Shown here in pieces: positions 1-9,077 of a stretch of DNA of 64,000 nucleotides; position 1 is the first letter of the stretch, and each line of letters begins with the position of its first letter. The notes beneath the pieces are model-generated. The model saw nothing but the letters and a program-made list of their open reading frames with translations. It was not told the origin of the DNA and ran no database searches. Origin of the DNA: Candidatus Thorarchaeota archaeon (GTDB taxonomy: Archaea; Asgardarchaeota; Thorarchaeia; Thorarchaeales; Thorarchaeaceae); the NCBI GenBank assembly GCA_046758445.1, contig JBHIAE010000002.1, positions 32,001 through 96,000 on the forward strand, given 5' to 3'. Position numbers and translations under genes: made by a program.

Positions 1-277
1 AGAGATGTACCCAGACTTGTATACTGCTTGGGTTCTCAACTACACTTGGGGTATAGACGACTGGGGGTCTTTCTGGTATAACAAGGCATATGCCAATGAT
101 ACTCTTGGACATTGGTCTACCTCCGCAGTCTGGTATTCAAGTTTCTCTGTGATTGCGACTCCGCCTTCTCCAAATGCGTTCATTATTGGCTTCATCTATG
201 TTGTGGGGATTCTGGCTATTGTCATAGTATATGCCTCAATACAGTGGCCAAGAATTCAGGGATTACTGAACAGGTGA
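1..277 (+). CDS. C-terminal part of a secreted/surface protein with C-terminal TM anchor (probably truncated by window edge)
   Basis: Aromatic-rich beta-type sequence followed by PPSP linker, hydrophobic helix and basic tail; same layout as 41847..42527. Confidence 0.55.
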   Translation, partial: EMYPDLYTAWVLNYTWGIDDWGSFWYNKAYANDTLGHWSTSAVWYSSFSVIATPPSPNAFIIGFIYVVGILAIVIVYASIQWPRIQGLLNR

Positions 278-494
278 TGGGCGTATCAAATGAGATCAGG
301 GTATAGTTGCCGATCGCGGTGTCATTGCTTATTGGCATCGCAACGTTGGGAGTCCTCTTCCTGAGAGTTAGGTCAGGAGAAAGGACTAGGGCAAGGTCGA
401 TTGCTCATGATGAAGGAGATGTGCGCTGCGCGAGCGCGTGACAGGCCTGCAAGCCGGCACGTCTTCCTTCTCTGAAATCGCGTAGTCAAAGTGA

Positions 495-803
495 CTAATA
501 AGGCGAGGATGAAAACGACGATCTCTTCAATCCTCTTCTCAGGAGGAGGAAACCATCCAGAAACACCACAATCGTGATCAGTGCAGGCAGCAGTCGTAGC
601 TCCAACGGAGGCTGCCAGCCATGATGGTCAGCAAAGAAGATACTGGCGAGGATAAGGATACTGGAAAAGGATAGCATAGCAAATGGAGCGAGCAAAAACA
701 TGCAGGATGCATCTGGTTCATCAAGGACTCGCGGTATCGCTACACGCAGAATGACATATAGAACAAGCCCAAACCCAAAAAGAGCAAAGATCTCCAAGTT
801 CAC
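495..803 (-). CDS. hypothetical membrane protein (3 TM)
   Basis: 102-aa ORF with three hydrophobic segments. Confidence 0.5.
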   Translation of the reverse strand: MNLEIFALFGFGLVLYVILRVAIPRVLDEPDASCMFLLAPFAMLSFSSILILASIFFADHHGWQPPLELRLLPALITIVVFLDGFLLLRRGLKRSSFSSSPY

Positions 804-820
804 AAGTAATCATATCCTCG

Positions 821-1636
821 TTACATGCATGGTCTGTAGTCATTTCTTCTTCCAAGCCAGTCCCCAATGAGGCCACCAGACACCATCGACACAATCAGAA
901 GCCAAGGCATGCGTAGCCACCAAGGCATGACCGAAAAGCGTGGGCCAATGAGTAATGCTAACGGGAGGGCTATGAACCAGATACCGATGAAACACGACCC
1001 CATGAGAATGAAGATTGCCCGCCAAATTCGCCGGGACGGAACTGTGCGGATGTAGTACGCTGAGGCAAAGCCAAGTGGCGTGACTACGACATAAGCCAAG
1101 GTGTTTGAAGCCAGCAAAAGTTCAAGATTAACTAGCATTATGTACACGATCAGCATTGCAACGAAAGGTACAACTCCTATGAGGAGCCAGTAGCTCCTGA
1201 CACTTCGTTTCCACCAGAATGGTATCCGGAAGTCCATAGTTTGGTTCTCTTCCTTCAACTGATCCATATTCGCTATCTTGATGTCTGGATTTGCTCTAGG
1301 TCTTACTTCAATGACTCGAGTTCCTTCAGCAAAATCAGTATTCCCAAGCAGGTCTGCCAATCGCTTTACAGCTTGTTCCTCATCCAGACTTCCTACGTTC
1401 AATCCCTCTGTTGCATTGAAAATGCAAGACTGGAGAAGAGTGGCGGACGTGCCAAACGGCCCATCAAAAAGGTCAGCAGCTTCCAATGAGTCCCATAATT
1501 GCTCGGCGATGTTGAGATAGCGGTCGCCATTCCATGGCTGGTTAACCCAGTCTTGGATGATATTGTGAAGTGTGTCTTCTACATCGTTTTCTGATTCTCT
1601 CTTCGTACGATTCATCTCAAGCGCCAGCTTTACCAC
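821..1636 (-). CDS. hypothetical membrane protein (soluble N-domain plus ~4 TM)
   Basis: 271-aa ORF with acidic N-half and hydrophobic C-half. Confidence 0.6.
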   Translation of the reverse strand: MVKLALEMNRTKRESENDVEDTLHNIIQDWVNQPWNGDRYLNIAEQLWDSLEAADLFDGPFGTSATLLQSCIFNATEGLNVGSLDEEQAVKRLADLLGNTDFAEGTRVIEVRPRANPDIKIANMDQLKEENQTMDFRIPFWWKRSVRSYWLLIGVVPFVAMLIVYIMLVNLELLLASNTLAYVVVTPLGFASAYYIRTVPSRRIWRAIFILMGSCFIGIWFIALPLALLIGPRFSVMPWWLRMPWLLIVSMVSGGLIGDWLGRRNDYRPCM

Positions 1637-1808
1637 TCACGAGTGATAGTGCTATTCCCACGGACCGCTGATTGTTGTCGACAACTAAGGTATCCTCTTG
1701 AAACATCTTAAACGCTTGGTTGAGGAAAAGCGACAGATTCGCAAGCAGGCACAACCTCATTTTGCACAATCGCATACAAAATGCATATCCATTGTAGTTG
1801 ATAGGATC

Positions 1809-2057
1809 CTAGCAGTCCCGGAGTCTGTCAAGAGCTAGGAGCACTAGACCTGATACGGCAATAATAACTCCCAGAGGGAAGAGAAAGAGTAGACCTGCAG
1901 TCCCCAATAGAATTGGCCCTGTTGAATATGGAGGTCTGTTGGCCCAGTACCGTTCCATTAAGTATGCATCAAGAAGAACTCCGAAGATCGCAATAGTGAT
2001 GCCAATCAAGACAAGTCTAATTCCCTTGGAACGAGTTACGGAGCTCTGTTGTTTCAT
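1809..2057 (-). CDS. small hypothetical membrane protein (2 TM)
   Basis: 82-aa ORF with ATG start and two hydrophobic helices. Confidence 0.5.
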   Translation of the reverse strand: MKQQSSVTRSKGIRLVLIGITIAIFGVLLDAYLMERYWANRPPYSTGPILLGTAGLLFLFPLGVIIAVSGLVLLALDRLRDC

Positions 2058-2207
2058 AAGAAAATCGTCATCTAAATGGCACTATCGATATGTAATTCTT
2101 CCTATAATCATCTTAGTAAAGGTCTGAATAATGATGAAGGGAATCATGAACCATGACTGGAACATCTTTATTTGACGACCCTTCCCGACATCCGACTGTG
2201 GAAGAAC

Positions 2208-2378
2208 ATGGCTGGCAAAGCACGCTCTGGAAAAGAGGTCGCTCAAAAGGGGAGATACATGATTGTCGATAGGAAGATGCGCATTGACTGGATAACCTCC
2301 AAGATTCCTCTCCTGGATGAGGAACACCTCAAGCTCGTAGAAGGGATAATCAGGAGATTCATGAAGGAGGACGTCTAG
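2208..2378 (+). CDS. small hypothetical protein
   Basis: ATG at 2208; charged helical composition (MAGKARSGKEVAQKGRY...). Confidence 0.45.
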   Translation: MAGKARSGKEVAQKGRYMIVDRKMRIDWITSKIPLLDEEHLKLVEGIIRRFMKEDV

Positions 2379-2519
2379 ACCTCTCCTGAGCACCTCCAAC
2401 AGCATTCCGAAACTGCCTCCAATAGGGTTTTCGGAGAATCACTGGCGAAACCTTCATATCATGACCTGAATTCAGGCTCATGCTTGTATTGAAGCAGGCA
2501 CTCGGACTGGCCTCTTAAT

Positions 2520-2655
2520 GGGGCGGTGGCCTAGTCCGGCATGGCGACGGGCTCCAGATCTGGACTCACTTCGAGTCCGAAAGCACGGGGTCGTGATGCT
2601 GACCGTCGTCGAAGACACTCGTCGATCGTGGGTTCGAATCCCACTCGCCCCACCA
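2520..2655 (+). tRNA. tRNA-Trp(CCA) with 59-nt intron at 37/38 (2558-2616)
   Basis: Acceptor GGGGCGG/TCGCCCC plus ACCA; anticodon arm ACGGG-CT-CCA-G^A-CTCGT; T arm GTGGG-TTCGAAT-CCCAC. Confidence 0.92.
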
Positions 2656-2725
2656 TTTCTATTATCCTGTCACTTACCTTGACAACGATTAAGTAGGTCG
2701 AACCGACTGCCGTGACGTGCTGACA

Positions 2726-3424
2726 ATGAACCAAGCGGGCTCCAGGGAGATTGTGCTCGAAGGCACAGCAGGGGTGGATGAAGCAGGACGGGGCCCCATG
2801 ATTGGCCCGTTGGTGGTCTGCGGTGTCCTGTTTGACAGTGAAGCAATCCCTGATTTGAAACGCCTTGGAGTTCGGGACTCAAAGACCCTGGCTCCGAAGC
2901 GACGGAGCGAGCTTGCAGCATCAGTCCAGACGATGGCCAAGAAGGTTGAAACTAGGTCTGTCACCGCAGAGGAGATTGACAGACTCAGAGGGAGAGGAGT
3001 TTCACTCAACGAGATTGAGGTTCACCAGTTCGCATCCGTCCTGAAAGAGTTGAGTCCCAAAGTAGCATACTTGGATGCAGCAGACGTAAAGGCTGACAGG
3101 TTTGGTCAGGCAGTCGGAGAACGTAGCGGGCTTCTAGCACTTGGATGTAATCTGATCTCAGAACATAAGGCAGACTCAAAGTACCCCGTGGTTTCTGCCG
3201 CGTCAATAATTGCAAAGGAGCAGCGAGAAACTATCATTTCTAACCTTCATGAAAGGCATGGGGACTTTGGATCAGGGTATCCTAATGATCCAAAATCAGT
3301 GAGGTTCGTTCAGAGTCTTGCAGATGAAGGTCGGGAGATTCCATCCATAATTCGCAAGAGTTGGGAGTCTGTTAGAAGAATCCTAGACAATGCTGCCACC
3401 ATGCAATCTACTCTAGATGACTGA
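2726..3424 (+). CDS. rnhB: ribonuclease HII
   Basis: GVDEAGRGP, DSK, KAD..YPVVSAASIIAK and GSGYP motifs. Confidence 0.97.
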   Translation: MNQAGSREIVLEGTAGVDEAGRGPMIGPLVVCGVLFDSEAIPDLKRLGVRDSKTLAPKRRSELAASVQTMAKKVETRSVTAEEIDRLRGRGVSLNEIEVHQFASVLKELSPKVAYLDAADVKADRFGQAVGERSGLLALGCNLISEHKADSKYPVVSAASIIAKEQRETIISNLHERHGDFGSGYPNDPKSVRFVQSLADEGREIPSIIRKSWESVRRILDNAATMQSTLDD

Positions 3425-3428
3425 TGGA

Positions 3429-4418
3429 CTACTGCTCTGACCTTTCGTCGATTATCTTCTTCAGCTCACGAGGTTTGTCTATGTCATCCAGTTCAAGCTG
3501 CCTTATCACAGGCACTTCCGATGCACAGTCTTCTGTCTGCCCTTCCTCAACAATGACTACTGCGTCTGATTCAGTGACCCTTGAAACGCTCCTCATGATC
3601 TCCATGCGTTTCTGTAGAGTCCAACTCCTGATTGAGCCAACTCCAGACATCAACGGAGGCCCATCCTCCGTTGCAACCGCGTGGAAGGGCGCTCTGTCAG
3701 TCCACCATACACTCATTCCCAGCTTCTCAAAGAAGTCATTGACACGTCTTCTGATGCCTTCAGTTTCATCGTCAGCTGACGGAGGCGATGATGTGGTGGA
3801 TTGAGGTAGGTCTCTGTGAGCCACAGTTTCGGACAGGAGATCAACGGGTATCACTAGGCCTGTAAGGTCAATCTCAAGTTCGTTCTCAAGGCGGTCTGCC
3901 ACCTCAGCACTGACGTCTATCTCATCCTTCTCATAGGCCAAGATTGCTCGTGCAGATACCTGAATGCAGTCTGCAAGCTCTTCCTGGGTCATGCTGCGCG
4001 ATAGGCGCACCTCTTTCAGCTTCGCGCCATCAATCGAAACGAATCGTCCGCCTCTCTGGATAAACTCTCTGGGCTTCCCCTCTTGTACAACCATGCTTTG
4101 GAAGCTGTGTGGTGCAACTGTAGGCACACCGTATCTCCTGTATACAACTCCTTCGTCCAAGATTCCTCTTCGAGTCTTCCTGCCTACAATGAGAGGAACT
4201 GCGTCAAAGAACTGAGCCACGAGTTGGAGAGCCATCGCGTCTTCTTTGGTGAATGCGTCTATGTTGGTGAGAGCCTTGACTAGAACAAGCTGCTCTCCCC
4301 TTCGTGCCACCAAATCAAAGCAGCTTGGCCTGACAATGCATTGGGTGGATATATCGAACCCAGCCTCTTCTAGGTTGGAAGTGACCTCTTGGATTAGCTG
4401 AGTTCGTGCCTTTGTCAT
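3429..4418 (-). CDS. conserved archaeal XRE/HTH transcriptional regulator (MJ1164-like, nuclease-like N-domain)
   Basis: RPSCFDLVARR N-domain, GG.FV.IDG..L...R and HTH (MTQEELADCIQVSARAILAYE); family usually found next to fibrillarin. Confidence 0.85.
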   Translation of the reverse strand: MTKARTQLIQEVTSNLEEAGFDISTQCIVRPSCFDLVARRGEQLVLVKALTNIDAFTKEDAMALQLVAQFFDAVPLIVGRKTRRGILDEGVVYRRYGVPTVAPHSFQSMVVQEGKPREFIQRGGRFVSIDGAKLKEVRLSRSMTQEELADCIQVSARAILAYEKDEIDVSAEVADRLENELEIDLTGLVIPVDLLSETVAHRDLPQSTTSSPPSADDETEGIRRRVNDFFEKLGMSVWWTDRAPFHAVATEDGPPLMSGVGSIRSWTLQKRMEIMRSVSRVTESDAVVIVEEGQTEDCASEVPVIRQLELDDIDKPRELKKIIDERSEQ

Positions 4419-4513
4419 CGCAAGGACCTTGTCCCCATTTCCTCTTGAAGGTTTTTAGGGGTTGCTGAATGTCACCCCTTGCATCAGGGCAAGAATCCCG
4501 AGAACGTCTTTGT

Positions 4514-4957
4514 CTAACCATTTTCGACGGTAGTAACGAAGCCAATGCATGTGGTGGAGGGAAACTTAAGCCGGACAGCCTGTACCTGTGGACGCACAAG
4601 CCTCTCAACAGGCCTCCAGTTCCAAAAGTCCTTCCATTCTAGGTCAACTTGTCCTAGGACACGATGAATCAAGAACAGTTCCATCTTTTCGCCCGCGATT
4701 GTATAGATTCCAGGTCCATAGTCCATTCTACGTAAGATTACTATCGGAAGCTTGACCTCCTCGTGGAATCGCGAGGGCACCTCCTTGGCAATCTTCGCTA
4801 TCTCCTCTTTTTTGAGAAAGGACACCTCACCTCCCCTCGTGACATAGTGAGGCGAATCAGATTCCATCAGCTCGCTTAGCGTACTTCTCTTCACAGGCAT
4901 GTGGTCGTTTATGGAGTCAATCTCGTGTTCCAGTATCTTATCAATAGGCGAAGTCAA
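4514..4957 (-). CDS. DUF61/UPF0216 family protein
   Basis: EI..IN.H.P..R.TL.EL, LPIVI and L..KFPSTT motifs. Confidence 0.8.
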   Translation of the reverse strand: MTSPIDKILEHEIDSINDHMPVKRSTLSELMESDSPHYVTRGGEVSFLKKEEIAKIAKEVPSRFHEEVKLPIVILRRMDYGPGIYTIAGEKMELFLIHRVLGQVDLEWKDFWNWRPVERLVRPQVQAVRLKFPSTTCIGFVTTVENG

Positions 4958-5652
4958 GATAGTTCCTCCGTGACCCGGCAGACCACAAATCGGTGGTCCT
5001 TCTCAAGCGGTTCAAGGTCGATATTCTCAACCACTTCGAGCCCATAGCCATCAAGCTTGGCAATCTCTTGACTGTAGATGGTATCAACAGGGGCGGTGGA
5101 ATCAATACTTCTGGCCTTGATTGCCATGAGCCCCCAGGCGCCAAAGGAGCAGAATGTCTTGATGTTCTGAAAGAAGATCCTGGCTTGGTCTGGTTGTGCG
5201 ATGTCTTGATACACTACATCGATAGGTCCGGCCACAAGTGAAGCATATCTCGTCGGATACCTTGCATCTTCAACAAGAGGGACCACATTAGTACGTGACT
5301 CAGCCAGCCCTAGAAGCCCCCTGGCAGCCCTCGGTGAGAACTCAACGGCGTATACTACACCCTCAGGACCCACAATGTCTGAGCAATGACTTGTGGTTGT
5401 TCCAGATGCTGCTCCAAGATAGAGTACTCTTGAGCCTGGCTGGATTGGCATCTGCACAAGACCTCTCTGAATGGCCGCTGCAAGTTTCGATCTCCTCGGA
5501 GTCCAAATTCGATATCCCTGATCTCCATCAACCACGACCTTCTCGCCATAGACGCTCTGGCGCGGAACGAGTGTGCAAGTAGCGAGCGAGGACTTTCCCC
5601 TGTCTTGAACCGTGAAGATGCCCGGAAACTTATGCGGTACTATCTTGGGCAC
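4954..5652 (-). CDS. flpA: fibrillarin-like rRNA/tRNA 2'-O-methyltransferase
   Basis: YRIWTPRRSKLAAAI, VLYLGAASGTT, VEFSPR, DIAQPDQ. Confidence 0.97.
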   Translation of the reverse strand: MPKIVPHKFPGIFTVQDRGKSSLATCTLVPRQSVYGEKVVVDGDQGYRIWTPRRSKLAAAIQRGLVQMPIQPGSRVLYLGAASGTTTSHCSDIVGPEGVVYAVEFSPRAARGLLGLAESRTNVVPLVEDARYPTRYASLVAGPIDVVYQDIAQPDQARIFFQNIKTFCSFGAWGLMAIKARSIDSTAPVDTIYSQEIAKLDGYGLEVVENIDLEPLEKDHRFVVCRVTEELS

Positions 5653-6926
5653 TACCTCCTTCCCCCTCGCTTCTTCCTCAGCTTTCCGCGGTCCTTCCGG
5701 GCCGGTCTAGTTCGTTTCCTAGGAGGTTTCGGAGGAGGTGCTTCAACATTCTGCTTCCGAATCTCCTCTACCCTCTCTAAGAACTTCTCTCTCAGACTCT
5801 CTCCAACATCTCGTTTGGAGTATGCATCAATACGAGCAGCAATGGAAACCTTGCCAGCCAAGGCCCTGGCAATCTTCCCCCTCTGCCAATAGGGGGCTGT
5901 GTGAATCTCTGGTACTTGGTATATTATACCGTGCTTTGGAGGATCGGCACCACTCTTGAGGCTCCTGAATAGTGCTCTCTCTGCACCAAATACCTGGACA
6001 GTGCTAGAGGGTTTCTGAGCTAGTTCCTTCAGAGACCCGGCGAGGCTTATCAGACGTGCACCGACCAATGGTCCAACCAATACGGTGATATTGGGTGCGA
6101 CTGAGCTCATCATTGCCGTCACATACTCTTCGAGTTCCACTCTCTTCTTGTAGAGGCTCTGAATGCCACTCGAGAAGGCCCGGATTATGTCCAAGTCTGA
6201 GGATTGCAGCGGTGCCCCTATGTCCTTTCCCGCGCTCTCCATCACCGAATCAATCAACGAATCTGGAAGACCGATTGCTGACAGACATTCCCTACTGATC
6301 TCAGCACGGCCACCACATGCCTCTACTATCTTTGAGAAGACATCCTGGTCCTCAACCAGACTGCTCAGAAACGGATGGTGAAGCGAATACCATTCTCTGA
6401 GCCTCATGACCAGAACGTTGATTGACTTATCTATCTCCCCAATGGCATCAATTGCATGCTTTACGAGGAGGTCTTTCTCTTCGCTGGCGGCCGATATCTT
6501 CGCCCTGGCCAGCTGAATTGATACCTCCCGCCTAAACGAGTCAATCGCTGCCGTAGATTCCATTACTCCAGAGTCTATGAGAAGTGAGTCCTGACCATCA
6601 CGAAACCATTTGACTACCGACGAGTCCTCTTCTGTTGATGTCGGAATCTCTGTGATTTGTGCCAGTGTGCGCCCCAAAGCACTGTTCTCCACTATCAAAC
6701 TCTCAGTCTTGAGCTCTTTCAGATTCTCTGCCACAGTCCGTAGATTCTCTGTAGCTTCACCCTGACCAATGGCCTCAATCTCTGAAGCCGCGACACTAGT
6801 ATCAGGATATGTAAGGACCTTTGATACTACTTCCCCATTCTTGTCAAGCGTGAAGAAACCGAAGCTTGTGAGGACTAGATAGGTCGACAACGTGTGTAAC
6901 CCCGAGGATGAGTGACTGGGTGTCAC
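5652..6926 (-). CDS. nop5: box C/D sRNP protein Nop5 (Nop56/58)
   Basis: RLREWY, APN...LVGP..GARLI..AGSL, GAERALF, PKHGII, RGKIARALA; basic tail; true start may be a few codons downstream. Confidence 0.96.
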   Translation of the reverse strand: MTPSHSSSGLHTLSTYLVLTSFGFFTLDKNGEVVSKVLTYPDTSVAASEIEAIGQGEATENLRTVAENLKELKTESLIVENSALGRTLAQITEIPTSTEEDSSVVKWFRDGQDSLLIDSGVMESTAAIDSFRREVSIQLARAKISAASEEKDLLVKHAIDAIGEIDKSINVLVMRLREWYSLHHPFLSSLVEDQDVFSKIVEACGGRAEISRECLSAIGLPDSLIDSVMESAGKDIGAPLQSSDLDIIRAFSSGIQSLYKKRVELEEYVTAMMSSVAPNITVLVGPLVGARLISLAGSLKELAQKPSSTVQVFGAERALFRSLKSGADPPKHGIIYQVPEIHTAPYWQRGKIARALAGKVSIAARIDAYSKRDVGESLREKFLERVEEIRKQNVEAPPPKPPRKRTRPARKDRGKLRKKRGGRR

Positions 6927-7023
6927 TCGGATAAGTTTGACTATTTAGTAGACTGGCATTCTTGGATGAAAGGCCGCTTTCCTTATTACAGCTTACAGGT
7001 CCTTAACCCACCCAGGTGTCTTA

Positions 7024-7893
7024 GTGAAGATAGAAGGATATTGGCTGGCCTCGGGAATCCTGGGAGTGACGGGTTCAATCCTCCGTCGTGTAAGTGAGTC
7101 TGGAGCCGACGCTGTTGTATCGAAATCTATTGGTGCCAAACCACGAACGGGACATCCAGGGCCAATACTTGCCACCTCACATGGAGGACTATTGAATGCA
7201 GTTGGCCTCACAAACCCGGGAATTGACGCATTTGGCGATGAGATGGACGCTCTCAGAGGCGCTGGAGTTCCAGTTGTTCTAAGTGTCTTCGGCAGTGAAG
7301 TGGCTGAAATAGCTGAAGTTGCAGTCAAGGGCGCGAAGATGCAACCCGATGCCATAGAGCTCAACCTCTCATGTCCACATGCAGAGATTGGTCAGATCTC
7401 TCATGACCCGAATCTCACATACGAGTACGTCAAGGCAGTCAAGAAGGCAGTTGACTGCCCGGTATTTGCGAAGATCACTCCCAATGCCTCAGACGTTGCT
7501 TCCATAGGCTCTGCCGCAGAACGTGCTGGTGCGGATGCCATTGTGGCCGTCAACACTGTCCGTGCGATGAAGATTGACATCCATGAGAAGCGCCCGGTAC
7601 TAGGAAACAAGGTTGGAGGCCTTTCAGGCCCTCCGATATTCCCGATAGCCGTCAGATGTGTCTATGACCTCTACAACGCTTTGTCAATACCCATAATCGG
7701 TGTAGGTGGGGTGTCTACATGGGAGGATGCAGTGGAGATGCATCTTGCAGGTGCCAGTGCAATTCAGATCGGCACTGCCTTGCTCTCTGGGCTTGATATC
7801 TTTCGAAGAGTCAAACAAGGCGTACAGGACTACCTTGAGAAGGAAGGCTATTCAAAGGTGACAGAGATTGTTGGTGAAGCAGGGAGGGACTAG
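7024..7893 (+). CDS. pyrD: dihydroorotate dehydrogenase B, catalytic subunit
   Basis: LASG, NAVGLTNPG, ELNLSCPH, GGLSG motifs; pyrK follows. Confidence 0.95.
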   Translation: MKIEGYWLASGILGVTGSILRRVSESGADAVVSKSIGAKPRTGHPGPILATSHGGLLNAVGLTNPGIDAFGDEMDALRGAGVPVVLSVFGSEVAEIAEVAVKGAKMQPDAIELNLSCPHAEIGQISHDPNLTYEYVKAVKKAVDCPVFAKITPNASDVASIGSAAERAGADAIVAVNTVRAMKIDIHEKRPVLGNKVGGLSGPPIFPIAVRCVYDLYNALSIPIIGVGGVSTWEDAVEMHLAGASAIQIGTALLSGLDIFRRVKQGVQDYLEKEGYSKVTEIVGEAGRD

Positions 7894-7896
7894 CTT

Positions 7897-8724
7897 TTGG
7901 ACGTCGAGCAGCTAATGGGCAGTCCCATGACCGTGCCGGTTTCTCAGGTAATCAAAGAGAACAAGACCACCCGAACTCTTGTCTTCAAGCACCCGAAAGA
8001 AACCTTGAGCATCCGTCCCGGGCAGTTCCTGATGGTTTGGATTCCAGGGGTTGACGAGATTCCAATGAGTGTGTCATCTTGGAATCCTCCCTCGGTAGGT
8101 GTCACCGTATCACCCATTGGTGAGGCAACAGACGCTCTTGCGTCTGTACGAAAGGGACAACGAATTGGTGTGCGGGGGCCCTTCGGTACGCATTTTGACA
8201 CCGACTGTAACAACGCCATAATTGTTGGTGGTGGGATCGGAATTGCTCCTCTTAGACCACTGGCCTACGAACTAATCCGCCTCAACAAGAGCGTGACTCT
8301 CTTGATTGCTGCGAAGACAAAGGGAGAACTCATCTACGCGAACGAATTCAAAGCAGTGTCTGCTGAAGGATTCAAACTGGAGATATCCACGGATGACGGG
8401 TCCGTGGGTTTCAAGGGACTCGCACCAGAAGCGGCGCGGGAGATTACATCTTCAGAAACCCCTGATGTCCTGTATACTTGTGGCCCCGAGCTTATGATGT
8501 TGAGTCTGCACAGGCTTGCTATGGAGAGAGGAATGGGCTTCCAAGCATCATTGGAGCGATTCATGAAGTGCGGTTGTGGACTATGTGGTACGTGCGCGCT
8601 TGACCCCACAGGAGACCTTGTATGCGTCGAGGGACCTGTCTTTAGAGGAGAGCATCTCGATAGAATCAGTGAGTTTGGTAGATACAACCGTGATTCTATG
8701 GGTCTGAAGAAACAGTGTCAATGA
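7897..8724 (+). CDS. pyrK: dihydroorotate dehydrogenase electron transfer subunit
   Basis: PGQF.M.W, RGPFG, GGGIGIAP, CGP, MKCGCGLCGTC...CVEGPVF. Confidence 0.95.
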   Translation: MDVEQLMGSPMTVPVSQVIKENKTTRTLVFKHPKETLSIRPGQFLMVWIPGVDEIPMSVSSWNPPSVGVTVSPIGEATDALASVRKGQRIGVRGPFGTHFDTDCNNAIIVGGGIGIAPLRPLAYELIRLNKSVTLLIAAKTKGELIYANEFKAVSAEGFKLEISTDDGSVGFKGLAPEAAREITSSETPDVLYTCGPELMMLSLHRLAMERGMGFQASLERFMKCGCGLCGTCALDPTGDLVCVEGPVFRGEHLDRISEFGRYNRDSMGLKKQCQ

Positions 8725-8768
8725 GGTTGGGAGGGAAAAGCACTACCCAAAGATCAATCAGTAAATGC

Positions 8769-8933
8769 TTACCGACCAGCTTGGCCGGTGATCTTCCCCT
8801 TAATGAATCTCTTAACGTAGTTTCTCTTGTTACGGACACGTGGGATGGGTGTGTGGCGTTCGCGACCCTGAACCTTTGGAGTCGACTCACGAACCTTCCC
8901 GGCCTTCGTCAATGAACCGTGTGAACCAGGCAT
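8769..8933 (-). CDS. rps30e: 30S ribosomal protein S30e
   Basis: [21 protein letters not shown]; real start is the ATG at 8933 within the longer ORF. Confidence 0.95.
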   Translation of the reverse strand: MPGSHGSLTKAGKVRESTPKVQGRERHTPIPRVRNKRNYVKRFIKGKITGQAGR

Positions 8934-9077
8934 TAGTCTAACCTCTTCAACAGGGTATTCACACCGATGTTCATGTTTTAAGGATTGCCTTGTGGAGTGC
9001 GCTTTCTGACAGTAGGTGACAGCCCTTTGTGAACAGAGCACATCTTTTAACCGCGATTAGTGGATAATTCGACCAGA

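Noticed and set aside
278-2400. Integrated element next to tRNA-Trp
   Set aside because: Only membrane ORFans are present; no integrase or att repeat is visible, and they lie on the 5' side of the tRNA.
2460-2482. Inverted repeat CATGA-CCTGAATTCAGG-C-TCATG upstream of tRNA-Trp
   Set aside because: Single occurrence; operator, terminator and chance cannot be distinguished.
7891-7899. pyrD TAG is in frame with pyrK (possible pyrrolysine read-through fusion)
   Set aside because: Both proteins are complete and of normal length, and in-frame spacing occurs by chance one time in three.
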